DNA of 64,000 nucleotides from Thermodesulfobacteriota bacterium (GTDB lineage Bacteria; Desulfobacterota_D; UBA1144; Nemesobacterales; JAJCZQ01): NCBI GenBank assembly GCA_965215275.1, contig OZ244044.1, positions 477,548 to 541,547 of the forward strand, read 5' to 3'. Shown piece by piece: positions 56,793 to 64,000 of this stretch (position 1 is its first letter; each line of letters starts with the position of its first letter). The notes under the pieces were generated by a model. It saw only the letters and a program-made list of their open reading frames with translations, ran no database searches and was not told where the DNA came from. The position numbers and the translations under genes were made by a program.

Positions 56793-57566
56793 TTACCTGC
56801 CACGGACCAGACGGCCGACGATCTGATCGTGTATCAACCCATTGGAAGCAACTATTTCTTCTTTATAAACCGTAAAATTTCCACCGGTAAGGTCCGTAAT
56901 CCTCCCGCTGGCCTCTTTGACGATAAAAGCACCCGCTGCCGTGTCCCAGCAGTTAAGCCCGAGTTCCCAGAAGCCATCGTATCTGCCGCATGCAACGTAG
57001 CAAAGATCAAGTGCTGCCGAACCATCCCTGCGAACGCCGCGGGCACTGCGGATAAAATTGCAGAAGTTCACCAGATTTATCTCCACGATACTCTCATCCT
57101 TGTGTAAAAAACCCGTGGCAAGCAAACTGTTCTCTAAATCGTCCGTCTTTGAAGGAGCTATCGATTTTCCGTTCAGATATGCTCCCTTTCCGGATTCTGC
57201 ACTGAACATCTCCTTTTTAACAGGGTCATAAACCACACCAAGTATTATCTCACCCTTATATTCCAGAGCGATAGACACGGAAAAGAACGGATATGAATGA
57301 GTATAGTTCATAGTCCCGTCAATAGGGTCTATTAACCATCTGTACTCGGACACGTCATCTGATACGCCGCCCTCTTCTGCCAGTATGGAATGACCTGGAT
57401 GATCAGATCTTATCAGATCAACGATCAACTTTTCAGACAGGAGATCGACCTCGGTAACGAGATCGTTCTTTGCCTTCAGGCTCACTGAATTAACGTTGCC
57501 AAGATTGGCCATTAGAACACTGCCCGACCCCATAGCGGCTTTAACGGCAGTGTCTATATAACTCAT
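56793..57566 (-). CDS. suhB: Inositol monophosphatase family protein (SuhB-like)
   Basis: 257 aa; WLIDPIDGTMNY and ...WDTAAG motifs. Confidence 0.9.
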   Translation of the reverse strand: MSYIDTAVKAAMGSGSVLMANLGNVNSVSLKAKNDLVTEVDLLSEKLIVDLIRSDHPGHSILAEEGGVSDDVSEYRWLIDPIDGTMNYTHSYPFFSVSIALEYKGEIILGVVYDPVKKEMFSAESGKGAYLNGKSIAPSKTDDLENSLLATGFLHKDESIVEINLVNFCNFIRSARGVRRDGSAALDLCYVACGRYDGFWELGLNCWDTAAGAFIVKEASGRITDLTGGNFTVYKEEIVASNGLIHDQIVGRLVRGR

Positions 57567-60088
57567 CAGAAGGCCATACGTGCAGTCACGCCAAAAGTAC
57601 GAGGCTGACCAACGTGATAGGCAAGACGGGCCCTTCCTCCGCGTTCGCGGTCTAATGACAACTTCGCGTTCTCGTCCGTAATGTTGTTCACGTAAAGAAC
57701 GAATTCCAGATCATCGTACATTAATCCAGCACTGACGTTAACAAGGTGATAGGCATCAAGCTCCAGGAATTCCCGCAAGTCCACATCAGACGAGTAAGCA
57801 CCACCAGTTATGCCCGTGTACAGATCATCTGTCGGAAATGGAACGTCTTCCTGGTCTTTAGGCTGTGTGATCTGTTCACCCACGAACTGCCAGGAGGCAG
57901 ATATGTAACTCTCTCCTGATCTCAGAAGACCCGGAAAAGTATAGGTGGCAGACGCGGATAGCTGCCAGTCCGGTACGGACGGTATGCGATTGCCTTTTCT
58001 TATACCTTCAACAATATTATCATTTGTATCCGGCTTTGTGTTATCAAACAACAGTGTGCTGTCAAATTCCGCTTCTACGTAACTGCCTGCAAAAGTAAGA
58101 AGCAGAGAGTCCATCAAGTAAGCCCTGAGCTCAAGTTCAGCTCCCAGAGTGTGGGACTCAGGCACATTGTAGGATAGCCTCGAGGAACAGGACCCTGCTT
58201 CCAAGTTAACCTGCAGATTTTCAATGTCCGTATAGAATGCCGCCGCGTTCAGTCCAATACTGCCATCATTAAACAAACTTTTAAATCCAACTTCATAGTT
58301 CCATAAAGTTTCATCCTCATAGTCCTCCGGAAAACTTCCAAAAGTCTCCACGTCCCGACCTTCGCAAAGCACAATGTTAAGGGGGTCGTTCACGCCCCCG
58401 AGACGAAATCCTTTTGAGGCCTGGGCATTAACTGTAAACTGAGGAGAAAGATCGTATCTGATAATAAACCTCGGACTGAAGCCGTCAGACTTGGTCTTAT
58501 CATCCAGGTCGGAGGGAGCAGCATCGTTCGTTTCTGCTTTAAAAGTCTTTTCTTCCTCCCATCTGTACCATCTCAAACCTGACGTTAAAGCAATACTGTC
58601 GGACAGGGCGTAGGTAGCTTCGCCAAATAATGCGACTTGGCTGATATCGTACGTCAAACTGGAAACGTAAGTCACGTCCCTTAAAACAATTTCATTGAAA
58701 GTAACTGACATTCCAGTGTAGGCATCGATCCCCGGGTAAATAAAAAGCTGACCATAATCACGTTCGATCTCTGAATAAAATACCCCCGTGATCCACTGTA
58801 ACGCGCTTTCGTTGTTGGAACTGAAATGCAGTTCATGGGTCATCTGGGTCATGTCCGTATCATCATCCAGATAACCTGATGCAACTCCCAGGTCCTCTCC
58901 GTCATTTACATAATACTGAAGAATAAAGCTGGCATCCAGCGTAGTGCTATCACGGCGAACCAGAATATCCCGTTTTATATAGCTGGTAGAATAACTGACC
59001 CTGAAAAGATCATCCAGGCTCCAGTCAACGACGTTGTCAAGTATCAAAGTCTCATCTTCAAATGCCTCGTCAGACAAGAGGAACTGCTGACGTTCACCAA
59101 TTCTGCCGGGTACCAAAGTATCTTCAGAAAAATGGTTGGCAAAAAGGTTGAATATCTCCTGCCGGTTAAAACCGTTCATATCAACATTCTGATACAGAAC
59201 ACGAGGGGTAATGGACAGATTATCGACAGGTTGTATCAGCAGAGCAAGACGCCCGCCGTAGCGGCTTCCATCATTAACGTCCTTATCCTCAAGTCCTGTC
59301 TCACGGATAGCATCAATGAACCCGCCATATTTCGTAACATAGGTAACCAGACGGGCAGCCGCATAATCGGTCAGAGGAACGTTAAATGCCGTCCTGAAAC
59401 TGCCTCCCGTGGAACCTCCATCAACGGTGTTAAGGTCAACTTCAGATCTTGATTCCGAAACGTTCAGCAGGGGTTGATTGGTTATGTAACGAACAGCACC
59501 ACCTATGGAACCTGCTCCGAACAGCGTCCCCTGAGGTCCTCTCAGCGTTTCCACCCGCCTTACGTCAAAAAGGTCAAGATCCGGAGTGAAAAGCGATAAC
59601 GAAACAGGTGTCTCGTCAAGATAGATCCCAACCTGCTCCTTAACTCCCGGCTGATCACGAACTATCTGTCCAGATGAAATACCACGTACGTTAACCACGC
59701 TCTGTCCAGGACCGAGGTTCTGTATGGAAAGTCCTGCTACGTTACGGGACAGGTCTTCAATATCAGCAGTGTTAAGTCTCTTAAGGTCCTCTTCAGACTG
59801 AACGTTCAACGAAAACGGCACGTCCTGTGCTGATAAAAGCCCGCGTTTGGTGGCAGTTACCATCACCTCTCCCAGCCTTTGAGTGCCTTCGGAAGAATAA
59901 ACCTTGGATTCCTTTCCCATCTGTTCTCTGTCTTTAGTATACGATCTCTGTTCGGACCCCTTTTCCATCTTCCCCTCTTTCTCAACCTGCGGTTTAGGGG
60001 CACCGGCCTCTGCCAGCGTGCTCAGACACAGGGTCAAAACAAGTGTAAATACAAAGCTGAGGTAGCTATACATTCTCGCTCTCTTCAT
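57566..60088 (-). CDS. TonB-dependent outer-membrane receptor, copy 1
   Basis: 840 aa; signal peptide, plug motifs (VMVTATKR, VETLRGPQGTLFGAGSIGG), beta-barrel, C-terminal ...ARMAF. Confidence 0.93.
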   Translation of the reverse strand: MKRARMYSYLSFVFTLVLTLCLSTLAEAGAPKPQVEKEGKMEKGSEQRSYTKDREQMGKESKVYSSEGTQRLGEVMVTATKRGLLSAQDVPFSLNVQSEEDLKRLNTADIEDLSRNVAGLSIQNLGPGQSVVNVRGISSGQIVRDQPGVKEQVGIYLDETPVSLSLFTPDLDLFDVRRVETLRGPQGTLFGAGSIGGAVRYITNQPLLNVSESRSEVDLNTVDGGSTGGSFRTAFNVPLTDYAAARLVTYVTKYGGFIDAIRETGLEDKDVNDGSRYGGRLALLIQPVDNLSITPRVLYQNVDMNGFNRQEIFNLFANHFSEDTLVPGRIGERQQFLLSDEAFEDETLILDNVVDWSLDDLFRVSYSTSYIKRDILVRRDSTTLDASFILQYYVNDGEDLGVASGYLDDDTDMTQMTHELHFSSNNESALQWITGVFYSEIERDYGQLFIYPGIDAYTGMSVTFNEIVLRDVTYVSSLTYDISQVALFGEATYALSDSIALTSGLRWYRWEEEKTFKAETNDAAPSDLDDKTKSDGFSPRFIIRYDLSPQFTVNAQASKGFRLGGVNDPLNIVLCEGRDVETFGSFPEDYEDETLWNYEVGFKSLFNDGSIGLNAAAFYTDIENLQVNLEAGSCSSRLSYNVPESHTLGAELELRAYLMDSLLLTFAGSYVEAEFDSTLLFDNTKPDTNDNIVEGIRKGNRIPSVPDWQLSASATYTFPGLLRSGESYISASWQFVGEQITQPKDQEDVPFPTDDLYTGITGGAYSSDVDLREFLELDAYHLVNVSAGLMYDDLEFVLYVNNITDENAKLSLDRERGGRARLAYHVGQPRTFGVTARMAF

Positions 60089-60105
60089 ATATAATCCTCC
60101 ACTTA
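59451..60105 (-). repeat. Near-identical about 655-nt segment (RBS plus first about 212 codons) shared with TonB receptor copy 2
   Basis: The protein N-termini are identical except for a few residues (K/Q, A/T). The DNA is almost identical by eye from CCTCCACTTA upstream of the ATG down to ...GATTCCGAAACGTTCAGCAG. Confidence 0.85.
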
Positions 60106-60315
60106 TCTTTTAGAACAACAGGATCTTTATAGTTTATACCGTACAGCGTCATATAATCCAGTCTTTCTCCGGTTTCTCAACCTTCAAAGGAATAAACCAG
60201 CCGACAGGTTCGGGTAAAACGCCAGAATACAACACATATAGACCAGTACAGGTGCCTTGACTATAAAGCAGAACCAACGAATACTTCGCTGCATATCTTA
60301 AACTCATTCACAACA

Positions 60316-60350
60316 CTTCCAGCTTCCAGCTTCCAGCTTCTGATCAGAAG
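60316..60350. repeat. Heptamer microsatellite (CTTCCAG)x3 abutting a 14-bp perfect palindrome CTTCTGATCAGAAG
   Basis: Read directly. The palindrome contains the stop codon of TonB receptor copy 2. Confidence 0.9.
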
Positions 60351-62872
60351 GCAACACGAGCGACCATACCGAAGGTACGAGGCTGACCTACGCGATAGGC
60401 AAGACGGGCTCTCCCACCACGTTCACGATCAAATGACAGCTGGGCGTTTTCATCCGTGACATTATCCACGTAAAACATCACTTCTATGTCGTCATATAAC
60501 AATCCTGCTCTTAAATTTATCAAGCTGTACGAATCCAGTTCCAGTTTATCGCGGAAATTCAGGTCTATCTGTTCTGCCGGTGTCGGACCAGTCAATGAAT
60601 CAGCAGCTGGGAAGTCTCCGTCCTCCTGGTCACCGGGCTGCGTGATCTGTTTTCCTACAAACTGCCACGAAGCAGATATGTAGCTCTCGCTGGCTTGCAG
60701 CAATCCCGGGAAAGTATAGATAGCAGACGCGGACAACTGCCAATCGGGCACAGACGGTATACGGTTGCCCTTTTTTATACCTTCAACAACATTATCATTT
60801 ACATCCAGCAGTGTGCTGTCAAATTCTGCTTCTACATAGCTGCCGGCAAAAGTAACCAGTAAAGATTCACTGGCCTGCATGGAAAGCTCAAATTCCGCTC
60901 CCATGGTATGAGCCTCTGGAACGCTTATTGTAATACGCGATGAGCATGCACCAGCGTCTATGTTCACACCCAGGTTATCAATACTGGCGTAGAAAAGCGA
61001 CCCGTTCAACTGAAACGCTTCAAAAGACGACTTAAGGCCAAATTCGTAGTTCCACAGGGTCTCGTCTTTAAATTCCTGGTAAACTCTGTAGGTATCATAT
61101 TCATTTTCTTGAGTTTCATCATCATCACAAAGAAGTTGATTCAACGGGTCGTTCACGCCACCGAGGCGAAATCCCCGTGAAGCCTGCGCATTGACCGAAA
61201 GATCATCTGTAAAGTTATAAGCTATCAGGAACCTTGGAGCAAATCCATCGGAGTCAACTGTAACTTCCTGGTTCTGAGCATCAGAATTAGAATATATACC
61301 ACCCGACCTGAAAGTCTTATCTTCCTCCCAGTTGTAGTAGCGTAACCCGGCGATCAGTTCAATCCTGTCCGAGACCGTGTACGTGGTTTCACCAAACACC
61401 GCGAACTGCCTGAGGTCATAGGTCAGTTCTGACATGTACGGTGAATCCTCATCTGTAAATCCATTGCTGGTACTAGTAATAGCACCTCCAAATCCAGCAT
61501 CACGCAAGACATCGTCATATCCCGGTGTGGGAACCCTCTGTGCATAGTCCCGATTCGTGTCTGAATAGAAAAATCCCATAAGCCATTGAACGGACCTGTC
61601 GTCATTGGAACTGAAATGCACTTCCTGGGTAAACTGTTCCAAATCAGTAGTGTCTCGCAGATTAGCAGGTCTGACCACTTCATCAGCTGGTAACATCAAA
61701 TTAATAACACTCACGCTACCAGCCAGTGCACTGGCATCACGGCTGACCAGAATGTCACGGTTGGTATAGCTAACTGAATAATTAACGTCGAACATATCTT
61801 CCAGTTCCCATTTGACCACTGTATCAAGTATAAGGGTTTCATCCTCAAATGCCTCATCAAGAAGCAGGAACTGCTGACGCTCGCCGAGCGTAACGGCAGT
61901 ACGGGTAGTTGAATGAGGATTGGCAAAAGTGTTGAATATTTCCTCCCGGTTAAAACCGTCCAGTTCAACGTTTTGATAAACAATTCGTGGAGTAACGGAT
62001 ATAGTTTCAGTTGGTTTGAACAACAGTGCAAAACGGCCTCCATAACGAACACCGTCGTTAACGTCCTCATCAGTTCCACCATCCTCACGAAGGGCGTCGA
62101 TAAAACCGGTGTACTGCGTGCCGTAGACAACCCCACGGAAAGCAATATCATCACCTAGCGGAACATTGACCGCCATCTTGAAATCACCACCTGAAGAACC
62201 CCCGTCAACGGTGTTAAGATCAACTTCGAACTTTGATTCCGAAACGTTCAGCAGAGGTTGATTGGTTATGTAACGAACGGCACCACCTATGGAACCTGCT
62301 CCGAACAGCGTCCCCTGAGGTCCTCTCAGCGTTTCCACACGTCTTACGTCAAAAAGGTCAAGATCGGGAGTGAAAAGCGATAACGAAACAGGTGTCTCGT
62401 CAAGATAGATACCAACCTGTTCCTTAACTCCAGGCTGATCACGAACTATCTGTCCAGATGAAATACCACGTACGTTAACCACGCTCTGTCCAGGACCGAG
62501 GTTCTGTATGGAAAGTCCCGCTACGTTACGGGACAGGTCTTCAATATCAGTAGTGTTAAGTCTCTGAAGGTCCTCTTCAGACTGAACGTTCAACGAAAAC
62601 GGCACGTCCTGTGCTGATAAAAGCCCGCGTTTGGTGGCAGTTACCATCACCTCTCCCAGCCTTTGAGTGCCTTCGGAAGAATAAACCTTGGATTCCTTTC
62701 CCATCTGTTCTCTGTCTTTAGTATACGATCTCTGTTCGGACCCCTTTTCCATCTTCCCCTCTTTCTCAACCTGCGGTTTAGGGGCACCGGCCTCCGCCAG
62801 CGTGCTCAGACACAGGGTCAAAACAAGTGTAAATACAAAGCTAAGGTAGCTATACATTCTCGCTCTCTTCAT
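60344..62872 (-). CDS. TonB-dependent outer-membrane receptor, copy 2
   Basis: ORF 60344..62887, trimmed to ATG 62872 (MKRARMYS..., GGAGGG 8 nt upstream, matching copy 1). Same plug, diverged barrel, C-terminal ...ARVAF. Confidence 0.93.
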   Translation of the reverse strand: MKRARMYSYLSFVFTLVLTLCLSTLAEAGAPKPQVEKEGKMEKGSEQRSYTKDREQMGKESKVYSSEGTQRLGEVMVTATKRGLLSAQDVPFSLNVQSEEDLQRLNTTDIEDLSRNVAGLSIQNLGPGQSVVNVRGISSGQIVRDQPGVKEQVGIYLDETPVSLSLFTPDLDLFDVRRVETLRGPQGTLFGAGSIGGAVRYITNQPLLNVSESKFEVDLNTVDGGSSGGDFKMAVNVPLGDDIAFRGVVYGTQYTGFIDALREDGGTDEDVNDGVRYGGRFALLFKPTETISVTPRIVYQNVELDGFNREEIFNTFANPHSTTRTAVTLGERQQFLLLDEAFEDETLILDTVVKWELEDMFDVNYSVSYTNRDILVSRDASALAGSVSVINLMLPADEVVRPANLRDTTDLEQFTQEVHFSSNDDRSVQWLMGFFYSDTNRDYAQRVPTPGYDDVLRDAGFGGAITSTSNGFTDEDSPYMSELTYDLRQFAVFGETTYTVSDRIELIAGLRYYNWEEDKTFRSGGIYSNSDAQNQEVTVDSDGFAPRFLIAYNFTDDLSVNAQASRGFRLGGVNDPLNQLLCDDDETQENEYDTYRVYQEFKDETLWNYEFGLKSSFEAFQLNGSLFYASIDNLGVNIDAGACSSRITISVPEAHTMGAEFELSMQASESLLVTFAGSYVEAEFDSTLLDVNDNVVEGIKKGNRIPSVPDWQLSASAIYTFPGLLQASESYISASWQFVGKQITQPGDQEDGDFPAADSLTGPTPAEQIDLNFRDKLELDSYSLINLRAGLLYDDIEVMFYVDNVTDENAQLSFDRERGGRARLAYRVGQPRTFGMVARVAF

Positions 62873-62890
62873 CCATAAACCCTCCACTTA
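62235..62890 (-). repeat. Near-identical about 655-nt segment shared with TonB receptor copy 1
   Basis: See 59451..60105. Confidence 0.85.
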
Positions 62891-62903
62891 CTATTATATT
62901 AAA

Positions 62904-62973
62904 TGGGAATTATATACAATAGTGACGAAGCCTCCAATAAATAGTTGACAAACTATAGATTTGTCATTATTAC
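62904..62973 (+). promoter_or_regulatory. Sigma70-like promoter (TTGACA-17-TATTAC) preceded by ATAGTGACGAAGCCTCCAA; second copy of the element at 3995..4060; possibly the IS left end
   Basis: TTGACA at 62945..62950, a 17-nt spacer, TATTAC at 62968..62973, and GGAGGA RBS before ATG 63007. Confidence 0.45.
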
Positions 62974-63006
62974 AGGTAAGAAAGTTAAATAATTGGAGGA
63001 AGTTAT

Positions 63007-63948
63007 ATGTCAAACAAGGCACCTGGGAAATCATACAGGAAAGGGATATCGTTAGTAAAGTTATTCAGGAAATTCCCTTCTGATGCAGTTGCAGAGGAAT
63101 GGTTTGTAAAACGGAGGTGGGGAAAGGAACCCGTATGTCCGTATTGCGGGACAAGAAACGTTCAGACAGGGACTGGTCATAAGACGATGCCGTACAGGTG
63201 CAGGGAGAAAGGATGTTCGAAATGGTTCAGTGTAAGGAGCAGGACGGTTATGCAGTCTTCTGATATCAGGTATCAGGCTTGGGCAGTGGCAATATATCTA
63301 TTTGCCACGTCATTAAAGGGAGTATCAGGTATGAAGCTGCATAGAGATCTGGATATTACGCAGAGGTCAGCATGGCATTTATCGCATCGGATCAGAGAGG
63401 CATGGAACAGAGAAGAACTGAAAGTATTTACAGGTTCAGTGGAGGCAGATGAGACGTTTATAGGTGGAAAAGAGAGAAACAAGCATAGCGACAAGCGTAG
63501 TCATACACGAGGACCTGGAGGGAAGTCCATTGTTGCAGGAATGAAGAACAGAGAGACAAACAGGGTAATAGCCCAACCGGTTTCTGAACGGAGTAAAGAG
63601 GAAATACAGGGTTTTATAGTTAAGAACATAGGTCGTGGAGTAAAAATATATACCGATGATCATAAAAGCTATACAGGGTTGCCTTATGAGCATGAGAGCG
63701 TGAATCATAGTGTAAGGGAGTACGTTAAAGAGCAGGCACATGTAAACGGAGTGGAATCATTCTGGGCAATGTTAAAAAGAGGATATACCGGCACGTACCA
63801 CAGAATGAGTAAAAAGCATTTAAATCGTTATGTAAATGAGTTTGCGGGGAGGCATAATATAAGAAGACTGGACACGGAAGATCAGATGGGAACAATAGCA
63901 AGGGCAATGTATGGAAAGACCTTGCCTTATAAAGAACTGATAAGGTAA
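63007..63948 (+). CDS. IS1595-family transposase (N-terminal zinc ribbon plus ISXO2-like DDE domain)
   Basis: 313 aa; CPYCG...YRC..C zinc ribbon; ...VEADETFIGGKERNKH...IYTDDHKSY..L...HESVNHS..EYV....H.N..ES.W..LKRG..G.YH..S.KHL.RY..EF..R.N is the typical IS1595 pattern. Confidence 0.9.
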   Translation: MSNKAPGKSYRKGISLVKLFRKFPSDAVAEEWFVKRRWGKEPVCPYCGTRNVQTGTGHKTMPYRCREKGCSKWFSVRSRTVMQSSDIRYQAWAVAIYLFATSLKGVSGMKLHRDLDITQRSAWHLSHRIREAWNREELKVFTGSVEADETFIGGKERNKHSDKRSHTRGPGGKSIVAGMKNRETNRVIAQPVSERSKEEIQGFIVKNIGRGVKIYTDDHKSYTGLPYEHESVNHSVREYVKEQAHVNGVESFWAMLKRGYTGTYHRMSKKHLNRYVNEFAGRHNIRRLDTEDQMGTIARAMYGKTLPYKELIR

Positions 63949-64000
63949 TATGAATAATGTTATAGGATAAAAAAACAGACCAAAAAACAAAGAAACTCAC

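Larger units (their letters stand above)
62904..64000 (+). mobile_element. IS1595-family insertion sequence (ends not defined; right end at or beyond the window edge)
   Basis: It contains the transposase gene. The left boundary is guessed from where similarity to the 3995 element begins. No inverted repeat could be verified inside the window. Confidence 0.45.

Noticed and set aside
60089-60343. Possible TPP or cobalamin riboswitch upstream of TonB receptor copy 1 (the minus strand contains ACCCGAACCTG, reminiscent of the THI-box)
   Set aside because: There is no CUGAGA element, no pairing partners for the P4/P5 helices and no B12 box (GCCACTG). The similarity is limited to about 11 nt.

Overview
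This is a chromosomal window from a diderm (Gram-negative) bacterium. The taxon cannot be assigned from the sequence alone. The backbone is ordinary housekeeping with many proteostasis and redox genes: proS, clpB, trxA, glnS, htpG, eno, leuCD, xerC-hslVU, clpS-clpA, murI, etfBA and an RND efflux pair. Five accessory patches interrupt it; patches 1-3 look AT-richer by eye. (1) 3995-6453 holds a PD-(D/E)XK nuclease-domain gene plus several tiny acidic or coiled-coil ORFs. (2) 17099-21350 is a patchwork inserted at the 3' end of a PP-loop ATPase gene, whose tail is duplicated. It carries a tightly coupled two-gene operon of unknown function, a DNA-methyltransferase stub with a C12 tract, a 2-TM protein and an AbrB-type/Doc toxin-antitoxin pair. 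(3) 28400-29400 holds a paralogue of one patch-1 ORF plus a relic copy. (4) 35920-44371 and 50687-53608 hold a recombining family of secreted kexin-like S8 proteases. (5) 57566-64000 holds two tandem mosaic TonB-dependent receptors next to an IS1595-family transposase. My best candidate for an undescribed system is patch 4. Its proteins combine a PPC-like N-domain, an S8 domain, a P-domain, 0, 3 or 11 Ig-like repeats, and a private GGGGC + TM + RRKRRS C-terminal sorting signal. The giant member is split by a G13 tract and preceded by an A/G homopolymer-only spacer. A membrane-anchored, propeptide-like protein is encoded between the two tandem copies. The second candidate is the two-gene operon at 17308-18639. 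No rRNA or CRISPR array was seen, and there is one tRNA (Arg-CCT). All family names come from motif recognition by eye and need HMM or BLAST confirmation.
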